Below are positions 10,834-21,288 of a DNA stretch of 64,000 nucleotides, piece by piece (positions within the stretch are counted from its first letter, which is position 1; each line of letters opens with the position of its first letter). Source of the DNA: a virus; the IMG/VR virus record IMGVR_UViG_3300032083_003901, positions 9,891 through 73,890 of that record; one strand, written 5' to 3'. The notes beneath the pieces were generated by a model that saw only the letters and a list, made by a program, of their open reading frames with translations, made no database searches and had not been told where the DNA came from. The translations under genes and the position numbers were made by a program.

Positions 10834-11798
10834 CAGAACCAATTTTGCAGTCGAACCCAGATCGGTTCGTAATTTACCCAATTGTTCACGATGATTTGTG
10901 GGCAGAATTTAAGAAACAAGAAGCCTCCTTTTGGACAGCTGAGGAGATTGATCTCGGCGAAGATCTAAAAGACTGGCAAAAACTAAATGACGATGAGCGC
11001 CATTTCATCAAGCATATCTTGGCTTTCTTTGCAGCATCAGATGGCATTGTTAATGAAAACTTGTGCTATCGTTTTGCTAACGAAGTACAGTATCCAGAAG
11101 CTCGAGCAGCATACACTTTTCAGGCTGCAATGGAAACAATTCATAGCGAAACTTATTCTTTGCTAATTGACACTTATGTTTCAGATGCCAATGAGAAGAC
11201 TAAGCTTCTGCGGGCAATTGACACGATTCCTACTGTTGGTAAAAAAGCCGAATGGGCACTGAAGTGGCTTGATTCAGCAGATTCGTTTGCAAAAAGACTG
11301 ATTGCTTTTGCGTGCGTTGAAGGCATCTTTTTTAGTGGTTCTTTTTGTAGTATCTTTTGGCTCAAACATCGCGATAAAGGTTTAAAAGGCCTAACTTTTT
11401 CTAACGAGTTAATTTCTAGAGATGAAGCTGCTCACACTGATTTTGCAATTAAGGTTTACCGAAACCACATTCTCGATAAGCTTTCTACAGAGGAAGTGCA
11501 ACAAATCGTCTGTGAAGCAGTAGACATTGAGAAGAATTTTGTCTGTGAAGCTCTGCCTGTGAGTCTAATTGGCATGAACTCTGACACAATGAGTCGCTAC
11601 ATTGAATTCGTTGCCGACAGACTTTTAACTGATCTTGGTTACGCAAAAGTCTATAATACAAACAACCCATTCCCATGGATGGAAATGCTTGGCCTTGAGG
11701 GAAAAACTAACTTCTTCGAGCGTCGGGTGAGTGAATATGCAAAAGCCGGCGTTAAGTCGGGAGGGTCACAGGAACTAAGTTGGGACGGAGAGTTTTGA
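10830..11798 (+). CDS. nrdB: Ribonucleotide reductase class Ia beta subunit
   Basis: [54 protein letters not shown]. Confidence 0.97.
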   Translation: MTEPILQSNPDRFVIYPIVHDDLWAEFKKQEASFWTAEEIDLGEDLKDWQKLNDDERHFIKHILAFFAASDGIVNENLCYRFANEVQYPEARAAYTFQAAMETIHSETYSLLIDTYVSDANEKTKLLRAIDTIPTVGKKAEWALKWLDSADSFAKRLIAFACVEGIFFSGSFCSIFWLKHRDKGLKGLTFSNELISRDEAAHTDFAIKVYRNHILDKLSTEEVQQIVCEAVDIEKNFVCEALPVSLIGMNSDTMSRYIEFVADRLLTDLGYAKVYNTNNPFPWMEMLGLEGKTNFFERRVSEYAKAGVKSGGSQELSWDGEF

Positions 11799-14167
11799 TG
11801 AGACAGTTCGTTGTCAAAAGCGATGGCAGAAAAGAAGAAATTAAGTTTGACAAAATCACGCAGCGGATCAAAAAGCAGTGCCGAGATCTAAATAAAGACT
11901 ATGTTGTTCCAACAGAGGTTACGCGCCGCGTGGCTGAGTCTGTTGTTGATGGCATTACAACTGCTCAAATTGATGAACTGATAGCCCAAGAAGCCGCCAG
12001 GATGGTAACCGTGCATCCGGATTATTCGGTTCTTGGTGCAAGAATACTGATGTCTCGTTGGCAAAAATCAATTCCAGTATCGTTTTCTGAAAACGTCGAG
12101 AGATTGTACGATTACGTCAATCCGGACACAGGTCTGCACTCACCTCTTGTAAGTCCGGAATTAGTTGAAATTGTTTCTAACAAAAAGAAAGCCGAGCTTA
12201 TCGATAGAGCTATTGTACATGATCGCGATCATGATTTTGACTATTTTGGATTAGCCACTCTGCGCCGCGGCTATCTCAAATCTGTAGGCCAGCATGTCGC
12301 TGAAACGCCGCAGTTTATGTGGATGAGGGTTGCATTGGGCATTCACGGAAGTGATGTTTCGGCAGCTATTCAGTGTTATGACAGCTTGAGCAAAGGCCTT
12401 TACATTCATGCCACGCCTACACTTTTCAACGCTGGAACTCCACGAAGCCAAATGGCAAGCTGTTTCTTGCAGAGTCTTGCTGGAGATTCTATCGAAGGCA
12501 TCTTTGAGACCTACAAGCAGATTGCCAACATCTCAAAGTGGGCTGGAGGCATTGGGCTGCACATTCACAATCTTCGAGCTGCAGGGACCATGATTGCAGG
12601 CACTAATGGCACTTCAGACGGCATCATTCCGATGGTTCGAGTTCTCAACGAGATTGCTCGATATGTCAACCAAGGCGGCAAGCGCAAAGGTGCATTTTCA
12701 GTTTATCTCGAGCCATGGCATGCTGACATCGAAGAGTTTCTCGATTTAAAAAAGAATCACGGCAAAGAAGAGCTCCGCGCGCGTGATTTGTTTTATGCTC
12801 TTTGGACTCCTGATCTTTTCATGCAGCGTGTCAAAAATGACGGCATTTGGTCTCTAATGTGCCCTCATAAGTCTCCTGGCCTTTCAGATGTGTACGGCGA
12901 AGAGTTCGTCAAGCTCTACGAGCAATACGAAGCTGAAGGTCGCTACGTACGTCAGGTCAAAGCTCGAGATCTTTGGGTTAAAGTCGTCACAGCTCAAATT
13001 GAGACTGGGGTGCCATACATTCTGTACAAAGATGCTGCAAATGCAAAATCTAATCAGAAGAACTTAGGAACAATCAAGTCTTCTAATCTTTGCACAGAGA
13101 TCATTGAATACAGCGATCCAAATGAGACTGCTGTTTGCAACTTAGCTTCTATCGCTCTGCCTAGATTCGTCAAAGATGGCAAGTATGACTTTGATGCCTT
13201 GCAGTCGATAGCCTCAGAAGTTACGAAAAACCTCAATCATGTTATCGACAAAGGTTTTTATCCAACAGAACAGACTAATGTTTCTAATCTTAAGCATCGA
13301 CCTATTGGCATCGGCGTCCAAGGTTTGGCAGACACGTTTGCTTTGCTGGGATATAATTTCGAAGATGAAAATGCGCGTGAACTAAATCGGCGTATTTTTG
13401 CAACCATTTACTATGGAGCTCTTGAAGCTTCTTGTGAGTTGGCTCGCCACAATGGGGCCTATGAGAGTTATGAAGGATCCCCATCTTCAGAAGGCATTTT
13501 GCAATTTGACATGTGGGGTGTTGAGCCTCACGATTCTCTAGATTGGAAAACTCTCAAAAAGAAAATTAAGCGCTGGGGTCTGAGAAACAGCCTTTTGTTG
13601 GCGCCAATGCCTACTGCTTCGACATCTCAGATTCTAGGCAACAATGAGTGTTTTGAGCCTTTCACGTCGAACCTCTATGTCCGTCGAGTTCTATCAGGAG
13701 AATTTGTTATTATTAATCGCCACTTGGTGAACGATCTTGTGGATGTAGGGCTTTGGAACGAAGAAATGAAGAATGAGATTGTACGAAATTATGGTTCCGT
13801 GCAATCGATTCCTAGCGTACCGGATGATATCAAGCGTCGTTATCGCACTGTATGGGAAATGTCAATGAAACCGATCATTGACATGGCAGCAGATCGAGGT
13901 GCTTACATTTGCCAGTCTCAGTCAATGAATCTTTTCATTGCTGACCCAACTATTGGTAAAGTAAATGCAATGCATTTTTATGCTTGGGAGTCTGGCTTGA
14001 AAACTGGCATGTACTACCTGCGATCTAAGCCGGCAGCTATGGCAAAGACAATTACTGTCGAATCTAAGACTCAAAGCGAAAACCAGGTCGTTTCTGAGCC
14101 AACGCCGGAAGAAATTATTGCTTGCTCTCTAGAGAATCCGGAAGCATGCGACATGTGTGGTTCTTGA
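11798..14167 (+). CDS. nrdA: Ribonucleotide reductase class Ia alpha subunit with ATP cone
   Basis: N-terminal VVKSDG ATP cone, ATPTLFNAG, SNLCTEI, APMPTASTSQ, C-terminal CxxC; ATG overlaps the nrdB stop. Confidence 0.97.
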   Translation: MRQFVVKSDGRKEEIKFDKITQRIKKQCRDLNKDYVVPTEVTRRVAESVVDGITTAQIDELIAQEAARMVTVHPDYSVLGARILMSRWQKSIPVSFSENVERLYDYVNPDTGLHSPLVSPELVEIVSNKKKAELIDRAIVHDRDHDFDYFGLATLRRGYLKSVGQHVAETPQFMWMRVALGIHGSDVSAAIQCYDSLSKGLYIHATPTLFNAGTPRSQMASCFLQSLAGDSIEGIFETYKQIANISKWAGGIGLHIHNLRAAGTMIAGTNGTSDGIIPMVRVLNEIARYVNQGGKRKGAFSVYLEPWHADIEEFLDLKKNHGKEELRARDLFYALWTPDLFMQRVKNDGIWSLMCPHKSPGLSDVYGEEFVKLYEQYEAEGRYVRQVKARDLWVKVVTAQIETGVPYILYKDAANAKSNQKNLGTIKSSNLCTEIIEYSDPNETAVCNLASIALPRFVKDGKYDFDALQSIASEVTKNLNHVIDKGFYPTEQTNVSNLKHRPIGIGVQGLADTFALLGYNFEDENARELNRRIFATIYYGALEASCELARHNGAYESYEGSPSSEGILQFDMWGVEPHDSLDWKTLKKKIKRWGLRNSLLLAPMPTASTSQILGNNECFEPFTSNLYVRRVLSGEFVIINRHLVNDLVDVGLWNEEMKNEIVRNYGSVQSIPSVPDDIKRRYRTVWEMSMKPIIDMAADRGAYICQSQSMNLFIADPTIGKVNAMHFYAWESGLKTGMYYLRSKPAAMAKTITVESKTQSENQVVSEPTPEEIIACSLENPEACDMCGS

Positions 14168-14496
14168 TGAAACAAATTAGATTAGTTTGGAACAACAAGA
14201 TCAGTGAATATCAAGACGATATTTTGCTGCTCATTAGCGAAGAGACTGGTCTAGAAATAGCTCAATTGCGAAGAAGCCCAGAGTCCAAGCGTCGTAGTCC
14301 AAAAACATGGGCAGATGCATATGCTGATCGATCTTGGCTATTGCGTGCAGTTCACTATGATGACAATGTAATTTCTCAGCACTTAGGTCCCAACTGGGAT
14401 TCAGCTACTTATAATGGATTTCGAACTGTCAGAGAGTTTGAGTCCTGGTTAAAAAATAGGGAGGATAGAGAAAATGTTCGTCAAAAAAACTATTAG
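14167..14496 (+). CDS. Hypothetical protein
   Basis: ORF coupled (TGATG) to nrdA. Confidence 0.5.
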   Translation: MKQIRLVWNNKISEYQDDILLLISEETGLEIAQLRRSPESKRRSPKTWADAYADRSWLLRAVHYDDNVISQHLGPNWDSATYNGFRTVREFESWLKNREDRENVRQKNY

Positions 14497-15076
14497 TAAT
14501 TTATTGAAAGATGCTGAAATAAGAAAAGAGCCTGTTATAATTCGAGTCAACAGTTTCGATGAAGACAGTGCAACTAAGTTTATTAAACAGATTGGAGATG
14601 CTCACAATACCGGTCAGCCTATCATTCCTATTGTGATTGATTCTTATGGGGGTCAAGTCTACTCTCTCATGGCCATGATTTCTGCCATCAAGAATTCTGA
14701 TCTGCCTATTGCAACAATCGTTGAAGGTAAGGCTATGTCTTGTGGTGCTGTGTTGACCACATTCGGCGAAGAGGGTTATCGATTCGCGGATCCCAATTCT
14801 ACCATCATGATCCATGATGTTAGCTCTATGGAGTGGGGCAAGGTTGAAGAGCTTAAGGCTAGCGCTAAAGAAGCCGACCGTCTCAATGAAATCATTTATA
14901 CCATGATGGCACAAAACTGTGGCAAGGCTGATGATTATTTCCTGAAGATTGCCGATAAAAAGAAGCATGCTGACTGGTTTATCGATGGAAAAGAGGCAAA
15001 GAAGCACAACTTAGTAAACCACCTCAGAGTTCCAAAAATGACGCTGAGTGTCGAAGTAAACATAGAGTTCGAATAG
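14474..15076 (+). CDS. clpP: ClpP-family serine protease
   Basis: IDSYGG, GKAMSCG (Ser), IMIHD (His), DWF (Asp). Confidence 0.9.
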   Translation: MFVKKTISNLLKDAEIRKEPVIIRVNSFDEDSATKFIKQIGDAHNTGQPIIPIVIDSYGGQVYSLMAMISAIKNSDLPIATIVEGKAMSCGAVLTTFGEEGYRFADPNSTIMIHDVSSMEWGKVEELKASAKEADRLNEIIYTMMAQNCGKADDYFLKIADKKKHADWFIDGKEAKKHNLVNHLRVPKMTLSVEVNIEFE

Positions 15077-15082
15077 TGCGGG

Positions 15083-15433
15083 GTGTCAATGCACAGAAGA
15101 ATCGAAAAGCCATGGGGTTATGAAGTTATATGGGCTCACACGGAAAGCTATGTAGCAAAAATAATTGCAATAAATGCCGGCCAAAGACTTTCCAAACAGT
15201 ACCATGAAAAAAAGACTGAAACCGTGTATGTTTTAGAAGGCAAACTCATAAATTACGATGAAAATGATGTCGAAATGAGATTTGAACAAGGGCAAAGCTT
15301 TCACGTTGAGCCTGGTCAAATACATCGATTTGGAGCTACGAAATTTGACAATGTCAAAATTATGGAAGTTAGCACCAATCATTTAGACGATGTCGTTAGA
15401 ATTAGTGATGACTACGGAAGAGAAGGAGAATAA
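15083..15433 (+). CDS. Cupin protein (mannose-6-phosphate isomerase type II C-terminal-like)
   Basis: EKPWG, RLSKQYHEKKTE, GQIHRF, DDVVRISDDYGR. Confidence 0.85.
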   Translation: MSMHRRIEKPWGYEVIWAHTESYVAKIIAINAGQRLSKQYHEKKTETVYVLEGKLINYDENDVEMRFEQGQSFHVEPGQIHRFGATKFDNVKIMEVSTNHLDDVVRISDDYGREGE

Positions 15434-15434
15434 G

Positions 15435-16508
15435 ATGCTAGAAAACAAACGCGTTCTTGTCGTTGGTACTGGAACAATTGGCGAGCCCCTAATTGGACTT
15501 TTATGCAGATTGAAAGATGATTTTCAAATTGATGAAGTCATGTTTCACAAGCGAACTCCGTTGCTAGAAGATTCAACTAAAGTTGAGAGCCTGATAAAAG
15601 CCGGAGCTAAGTTGGTTACTGATTCAGACCGAGTTGCCGACTTTAATGAAATGGGTTTTGAAGTGTCCTATATTTGGGAAGACGCTCTAGATCGATCCAA
15701 AGTAGTGATTGACTGCACCCCAGCCGGCTTAGCCAACAAGGAACAGTTCTATAAAAACTATTCTGATAAACTTTTCGTTGCACAAGGTAGCGAAAAAGGC
15801 TTTGGAACTCCTTATGCGCTTGGTCTTACTGACAAAAAAGTGCCGGTAGATGGTAAAGGATATCTGCAAGTCGTGAGCTGCAATACGCACGCAATTGCAC
15901 GTTTGCTGACTGCTGTTACAGAAAATGATGCCCGCGACATCATGGACGGAGACTTTACTTGCATTCGCCGCTCAAATGATGTGAGTCAAGATAAAGGATT
16001 CACACCTTCGACTTCTGTCGGTAAACATGGGGACGCATCTTTTGGAACCCATCACGCAAGAGATGTTAACGATCTTTTTGGATATCCAGGAAAGCTGCCT
16101 ATCTTTTCTAGTGCGCTAAAGACCAACACACAGTACATGCATGCTGTTAGATTTAATATCACTTTGCCAGAGCATGTTAGCCGAGAAGAGGTGATTAAGC
16201 GATTTGAGAAAGACGAATTTGTCTGTACGTCTTACAAAACGTCGGCAAATCAAATATTCTCTTTCGGTAGAGATCACGGCTTTTACGGCAGAATTTATTC
16301 ACAGTCAGTTGTGAGTTTGCCTTCCGTTGAAGTTTTCCATCCCGCTTCCTATACGACCCGGGTCGTTGGAGTCGCTTTCACTCCTCAAGATGGCAATTCC
16401 CTGATGTCTTCAGTTGCTGCTTGTTTGTATGGCATTCACGGCAAACCAGCAGTTGGAGAGACTTCGTATCTTAAGAAACTAAAAGATATGATGGTCAAAA
16501 ACGTGTAA
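15435..16508 (+). CDS. Archaeal-type (type II) glyceraldehyde-3-phosphate dehydrogenase homolog
   Basis: VVGTGTIG Rossmann motif, VIDCTP, VVSCNT (catalytic Cys), RRSND, HHARDV, QYMH. Confidence 0.8.
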   Translation: MLENKRVLVVGTGTIGEPLIGLLCRLKDDFQIDEVMFHKRTPLLEDSTKVESLIKAGAKLVTDSDRVADFNEMGFEVSYIWEDALDRSKVVIDCTPAGLANKEQFYKNYSDKLFVAQGSEKGFGTPYALGLTDKKVPVDGKGYLQVVSCNTHAIARLLTAVTENDARDIMDGDFTCIRRSNDVSQDKGFTPSTSVGKHGDASFGTHHARDVNDLFGYPGKLPIFSSALKTNTQYMHAVRFNITLPEHVSREEVIKRFEKDEFVCTSYKTSANQIFSFGRDHGFYGRIYSQSVVSLPSVEVFHPASYTTRVVGVAFTPQDGNSLMSSVAACLYGIHGKPAVGETSYLKKLKDMMVKNV

Positions 16509-16531
16509 GAAAATACACCACATGTTATAAT
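16503..16531 (+). promoter_or_regulatory. GTGTAA-N17-TATAAT promoter
   Basis: Recurrent motif; upstream of the MBD4-like/topoisomerase genes. Confidence 0.7.
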
Positions 16532-16555
16532 GTCTCTAGATATAGGAGGTATTTC

Positions 16556-16981
16556 ATGTGGTGTCCGCCAAAATCTCCCCACAGTTTATTGCAAGAATCC
16601 TTGTGGCCGGATGAATGGAAGATCTTGATGTCTTGTTTGATGTTAAATCAAACTACGAGAAAACAGGTTGATAAAGTGGTCTGGCAATTTTTTGATAAAT
16701 GGCCAGATCCTCAATCTTTCTTGAAATCAAAACATGAAGATGTTTCTGATCTTCTAAGACCATTAGGGTTCTATAACCGCCGCCCTAAAGCTATGCGCCG
16801 TTTTACAGAAGAATACGTTCAAAAAGAATGGCTCGAGCCTATTGAGCTTCACGGCATTGGCAAATATGCGAATGATGCATGGCGAATTTTCTGCCGCGGA
16901 GATTGGAAAGCAGTAGATCCTCAAGATCACGCTTTGAACAAGTATCACTCTTGGCTTTGGAACAGTAATGGCAAAAACTAA
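16556..16981 (+). CDS. MBD4-like HhH-GPD DNA glycosylase (G:T/G:U mismatch type)
   Basis: WxPPKSP..LLQE, LNQT, LLRPLGFY, PIELHGIGKYANDAWRIFC, PQDHALNKYHSWLW closely match the MBD4 catalytic domain. Confidence 0.9.
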   Translation: MWCPPKSPHSLLQESLWPDEWKILMSCLMLNQTTRKQVDKVVWQFFDKWPDPQSFLKSKHEDVSDLLRPLGFYNRRPKAMRRFTEEYVQKEWLEPIELHGIGKYANDAWRIFCRGDWKAVDPQDHALNKYHSWLWNSNGKN

Positions 16982-18824
16982 GAAAACTATTGAAGAGCGG
17001 TATAAAAAGCTAGATGACATAAGTCATTGTTTAAAACGTCCGGGAATGTACATAGGGTCGACCAAGACTCGAGAAGATGAAATGCATCTTCTGGATGAAG
17101 ATACCGGTAAATTTGTTGTTCAAAACGTCAAGCACAACCCGGGATTTCTCAAGCTCTTTGATGAGATTATTTCCAATGCAGCTGACGAACATCGGCGCCA
17201 TGGTAAACTCAATAGAATCGATGTGACTGCTGACATCGATACTGGCAGAATTACCATTCGAGACAACGGCGGCATACCAGTTGTGAAGCATACTGAGCAC
17301 AACGAATGGGTGCCAGAGATGATTTTTTCTAATCTCAAGGCCGGCTCGAATTTTGACGATTCAGAAGATCGAATTGTTGCAGGCACAAATGGTGTCGGAG
17401 CCACACTTACCAACATTTTCTCAGTTGAGTTTTCGATCAATACTTGTGATGGCAAAAAAGAGTTTTTGCAAGTATTTCGCAATAACATGCGAGACCGCGA
17501 CGAGCCTAAAGTAAAAAGAAAAAAAGGAGCTCAAGGATTTACTGAGATAAGCTATCTGCCTGACTATAGTCAGTTTGGGCTTACCGGATTGGATGCAGAT
17601 CATGTTCAGATGATGCGAAAGCGTTGCATTGATATAACGGCATGCAATCCTATGCTGAAGATCTATTTCAATGGCAAGAGATTCAGCTATCCTTCATTTT
17701 CTGCTTACTGTCGACTTTACGTCGACGATGTTATTTTTGAAGGCTCTGAAAGGTGGCGCATTGCAGTAGGCACATCTAATGGCAGCTTACAACATGCTTC
17801 TTTTGTCAATGGCGTGGCAACTTCTGACGGCGGTACACACGTAGATTATGTGGCAAATCAAATTGTCAATGCCGTGCGAACCAGGCTAAAGAAGAAACAC
17901 AAGATTGATCTGCGGCCATCAGAAATCAAGAATCACATGTTTGTATTTGTGAGTGCTGACATTGTCAATTCTTCGTTTTCATCTCAGACGAAAGAAAAAC
18001 TCATAACTGACGTCAGAGATTTTGGCTCGAAACATGACTTGAGTGATAAGTTTCTGAAATCCGTCTGTGAATCTGAGATGATTCAAAGAATTCTTGATTG
18101 GGCGCAACAGAAGAAAAAAGCAGATGAACGCAAGGCTTTGCGTCAACTCAACAAAAAACTGGACAAAGAAAAAGTCCTGAAGCTCATCGATGCAAAAGGC
18201 AGAAAAAGGGAAAATTGCAGTCTGGCTCTATTCGAGGGTGACTCTGCTTCTAGTGCTTTTAGAAAGTATCGAGACCCAATGACCCAAGGAGCTTTTCCGC
18301 TTCGAGGCAAATTTCTAAACGTTGCAGGCCTAAAGCCTACAAAAGTTGTGCAAAACAAAGAAGTCCAATCTCTATTGAATGCAATTGGTCTGAGGTTGGG
18401 AGAAGAGCCAAAAGATTTGAGATATGGCAAAATCCTAATTTACTCTGACGCAGATCCTGATGGAGATTCCATTGCTGGATTGCTGGTCAACTTCTTTGGT
18501 CGATATTGGCCAGAGCTTCTAGAAGAGAAAATGCTGTATCGAGTCATGACTCCGCTAGTCGTTGCATCCAAGAACAAAGATCGGAAAATGTTCTATACGA
18601 ACGAAGAATTTGAAAAATGGTCAAATTCAAAATCTTCTAAAGGATGGGATGTCTCTTACAAAAAAGGTCTTGCAGCTCTAGAAGATCCGGAATACAAAGA
18701 CATAATCAGAGATCCAAAGATGTTTGCCTTAGTGCCAGGAGACGATTTGGAGCAATCACTAGAAGATTGGTTTGGAAGCAATGCTGACGTTCGTAAGAAA
18801 AAGATGCTAGGAGAGCAAGGATGA
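16968..18824 (+). CDS. Type IIA topoisomerase, ATPase/TOPRIM subunit (T4 gp39+60-like)
   Basis: KRPGMYIG, EIISNAAD, DNGGIP, GTNGVG, EGDSA, PLRGK, DADPDG. Confidence 0.95.
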   Translation: MAKTKKTIEERYKKLDDISHCLKRPGMYIGSTKTREDEMHLLDEDTGKFVVQNVKHNPGFLKLFDEIISNAADEHRRHGKLNRIDVTADIDTGRITIRDNGGIPVVKHTEHNEWVPEMIFSNLKAGSNFDDSEDRIVAGTNGVGATLTNIFSVEFSINTCDGKKEFLQVFRNNMRDRDEPKVKRKKGAQGFTEISYLPDYSQFGLTGLDADHVQMMRKRCIDITACNPMLKIYFNGKRFSYPSFSAYCRLYVDDVIFEGSERWRIAVGTSNGSLQHASFVNGVATSDGGTHVDYVANQIVNAVRTRLKKKHKIDLRPSEIKNHMFVFVSADIVNSSFSSQTKEKLITDVRDFGSKHDLSDKFLKSVCESEMIQRILDWAQQKKKADERKALRQLNKKLDKEKVLKLIDAKGRKRENCSLALFEGDSASSAFRKYRDPMTQGAFPLRGKFLNVAGLKPTKVVQNKEVQSLLNAIGLRLGEEPKDLRYGKILIYSDADPDGDSIAGLLVNFFGRYWPELLEEKMLYRVMTPLVVASKNKDRKMFYTNEEFEKWSNSKSSKGWDVSYKKGLAALEDPEYKDIIRDPKMFALVPGDDLEQSLEDWFGSNADVRKKKMLGEQG

Positions 18825-20170
18825 GCAATATTTCTGAGCGCACAGTAAGCAATTTTTTCGACAACGAACTTCGAAGCTATGCGCTTTATACTGTTGAAAA
18901 TCGTGCTATTCCGTCGTTGATTGATGGATTCAAGCCATCACAAAGAAAAATTGCACATACTGCGAACCAAGTATGGAAGACTGGCAAGGAAAAGCCGATG
19001 AAAGTTTTCCAACTCGGCGGCCTTGCGGCATCAATGACAATGTTTCACCATGGATCTTTAGATGCAACTATCATCGGCATGGCACAAGAATTCAAGAATT
19101 CCATGCCTATCTTTCAAGGGATTGGTCAGTTTGGTTCCCTGAGGTCTCCTGAGGCTGGTGCTCCTCGTTATGTTGGCGTGAAGTTCAACGAAAATTTTCG
19201 GCTGTTGTACAAAGATTTTGATCTAGTTGATGAGCAAGAAGAAGAGGGCGAAAAGATCGAGCCTAAGTTCTTTTTGCCAATTATCCCAACTGTTCTACTC
19301 AACGGAGGCAGCGGGATCGCAGTTGGCTTTGCAACAAACATTCTAAACAGACATCCGGCTGATTTGATAGAAGCATGCCTTTCGGTTCTAAAAGGCAAAA
19401 AGTGTCCGGAAGTCAAGCCATGGATCAATGGATTTAGCGGCAGTTTTTCTAGAGTCCCAGATGCTCCTAAGTCTTGGGTCATCAGCGGCAGCTATAAAGT
19501 CAAAAATACTACAACTGTTGAAATAACAGAAATACCTCCTAGCTATACGTACGAAAAATATGAAGCTCATCTCGAGAGTCTGATTCAAAAAGGAACTCTA
19601 GTTTCTTACGACGATCACTCGGCAGAAACACCTCACTATGTTCTGAAGTTTAGAAGAGCTGTTCTTTCTCAGTTGACGAAAAAAAATAAGCTGCAAACTT
19701 TGTTGAAAATGCAAGAACGCGTTGGAGAAAACTACACAACGCTTGACGAAAACGGTGCTCTGAAGATCTTTGAAGCCCCGGAAGAAATGGTGGAATATTT
19801 TGTCAACTTTAGACTAGAATACTACGGTCTTAGAAAAGAGCGAACAATTCAGAGGTTAGAACGCGATTTGACTATTTCTTCCAATAAAAGAAGATTTATT
19901 GAAGAGATTCTTGCTGGACGACTGAAGATCAACAATCGCCCTAAAAAAGATATTGAAGTTGATCTCGAAAAAATGCAGTTTGACAAAGAAGACAGTAGCT
20001 ACAACTACTTGCTCAATATGGCAATTCACTCTCTCACGAAAGAACGAGCTGAGGAACTTTTTTCTCTGTATCAAAAGAAAGTTGCAGAATTAGAGAAAGC
20101 CAAAAAGACAACTCCGAATCAAATGTACGAAACTGATCTCAAAGTGCTCTTGAAGAGGGTTAGAAATTGA
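18821..20170 (+). CDS. Type IIA topoisomerase, DNA breakage-reunion subunit (T4 gp52-like)
   Basis: RAIPSLIDGFKPSQRK, HHG, GQFGS, APRY (catalytic Tyr), NGGSGIAVGFAT. Confidence 0.95.
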   Translation: MSNISERTVSNFFDNELRSYALYTVENRAIPSLIDGFKPSQRKIAHTANQVWKTGKEKPMKVFQLGGLAASMTMFHHGSLDATIIGMAQEFKNSMPIFQGIGQFGSLRSPEAGAPRYVGVKFNENFRLLYKDFDLVDEQEEEGEKIEPKFFLPIIPTVLLNGGSGIAVGFATNILNRHPADLIEACLSVLKGKKCPEVKPWINGFSGSFSRVPDAPKSWVISGSYKVKNTTTVEITEIPPSYTYEKYEAHLESLIQKGTLVSYDDHSAETPHYVLKFRRAVLSQLTKKNKLQTLLKMQERVGENYTTLDENGALKIFEAPEEMVEYFVNFRLEYYGLRKERTIQRLERDLTISSNKRRFIEEILAGRLKINNRPKKDIEVDLEKMQFDKEDSSYNYLLNMAIHSLTKERAEELFSLYQKKVAELEKAKKTTPNQMYETDLKVLLKRVRN

Positions 20171-20760
20171 AAAAGTATTCTTACAACGATTACCAAGCCA
20201 TTACTCGAGAAACGACTGGCTGCGATGATCTGACAGTTTTAGCTCTAGGCCTAATAGGCGAGACTATTGAATTTTTAGATGCCGTAGATAAAATTTACGA
20301 CGGATCTTCTGGTCTTTGTTTGCTAGATGCAGCAGAGAATGCTTTGAAAGAATCTGGAGACGTACTTTGGTACGCAGCTAGAATTATGGATGTTCTCGAA
20401 ATCAAGTTTGGAGATTGGGAAAGATATTCTGCCGGAACTGCCGATAATTGCTTGGATCCTTGCCACACAAATTTCCATAAGAAGTTCCGCATGGCAAAAA
20501 ACGCCGCAGAAGTCAGCGAGCACATAAAAAAAGTTTTTGGCCATGGCCATGATCTAGACAAGAATCGAGTCTGCAATCACGTTTCTGATATTATTCGAGA
20601 CATTCTTCACATTTTGAAAAACATCTATGGAGATTGCAGTCCAAAAAGAGACAATCCGCTCATGGTTTCAATGTTAGCGAATGTAGAAAAGCTTCGAAAA
20701 AGATATCCTAACGGGTTTGAAATTGAGCGAAGTAAAAATCGTCAGCCTGATGACGTGTAA
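20167..20760 (+). CDS. MazG-like nucleotide pyrophosphohydrolase (internally duplicated)
   Basis: ALGLIGETIE..ESGDVLWY; second unit EVSEHIKKVFGHGHDLD..NVEKLRKRYPNGF. Confidence 0.8.
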   Translation: MKKYSYNDYQAITRETTGCDDLTVLALGLIGETIEFLDAVDKIYDGSSGLCLLDAAENALKESGDVLWYAARIMDVLEIKFGDWERYSAGTADNCLDPCHTNFHKKFRMAKNAAEVSEHIKKVFGHGHDLDKNRVCNHVSDIIRDILHILKNIYGDCSPKRDNPLMVSMLANVEKLRKRYPNGFEIERSKNRQPDDV

Positions 20761-20783
20761 GTTTTCATAAATCTTGATATAAT
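20755..20783 (+). promoter_or_regulatory. GTGTAA-N17-TATAAT promoter
   Basis: Exact motif. Confidence 0.7.
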
Positions 20784-20814
20784 AAACTTCCGATGACGTA
20801 AGGGGTACGTAAAA

Positions 20815-21201
20815 TTGAATAAAGCAAAAGAGTTTTTGAGATCTTGGCTTTCTAAAAGAGAGCCTTTGTTTTTTGAGCACAGTTCGGTAACAAAATTGTT
20901 TTCTAAACTGTACGGTTTTGAAGTCAATGCGATCAACATATGGTTTCTTGTCTTTGGAAAAGCGGAGATTAGTGATTCTACTCGACGGCACGAAAAGACG
21001 CACTACATCCAACAGTGGGAGATGCTGTTTGTTGGCCAGTGGATTGCTTATGCTTACTATTATTTCAAAGGCTGGATCTTGAAAAAAGATCGCAAGCAAG
21101 CCTACCGCGACAATCCTTTCGAGCGCGAGGCTCGAGCTTTTGGCGCCGAAGAAGAGAAGTTTGAAACGCGTCGCTTTTGGAACTGGCGCTTTTACCGATA
21201 G
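20815..21201 (+). CDS. Small zincin-like (HExxH) protein
   Basis: RRHEKTHYIQQ...DNPFEREAR. Confidence 0.6.
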   Translation: MNKAKEFLRSWLSKREPLFFEHSSVTKLFSKLYGFEVNAINIWFLVFGKAEISDSTRRHEKTHYIQQWEMLFVGQWIAYAYYYFKGWILKKDRKQAYRDNPFEREARAFGAEEEKFETRRFWNWRFYR

Positions 21202-21288
21202 CAACAAAGATGGCCATAACGCCACAGAATGAACTTTCTTTTATCTGGCAATACAATACTAATGTTTGACTGAAGCTAGGAGAAAACA

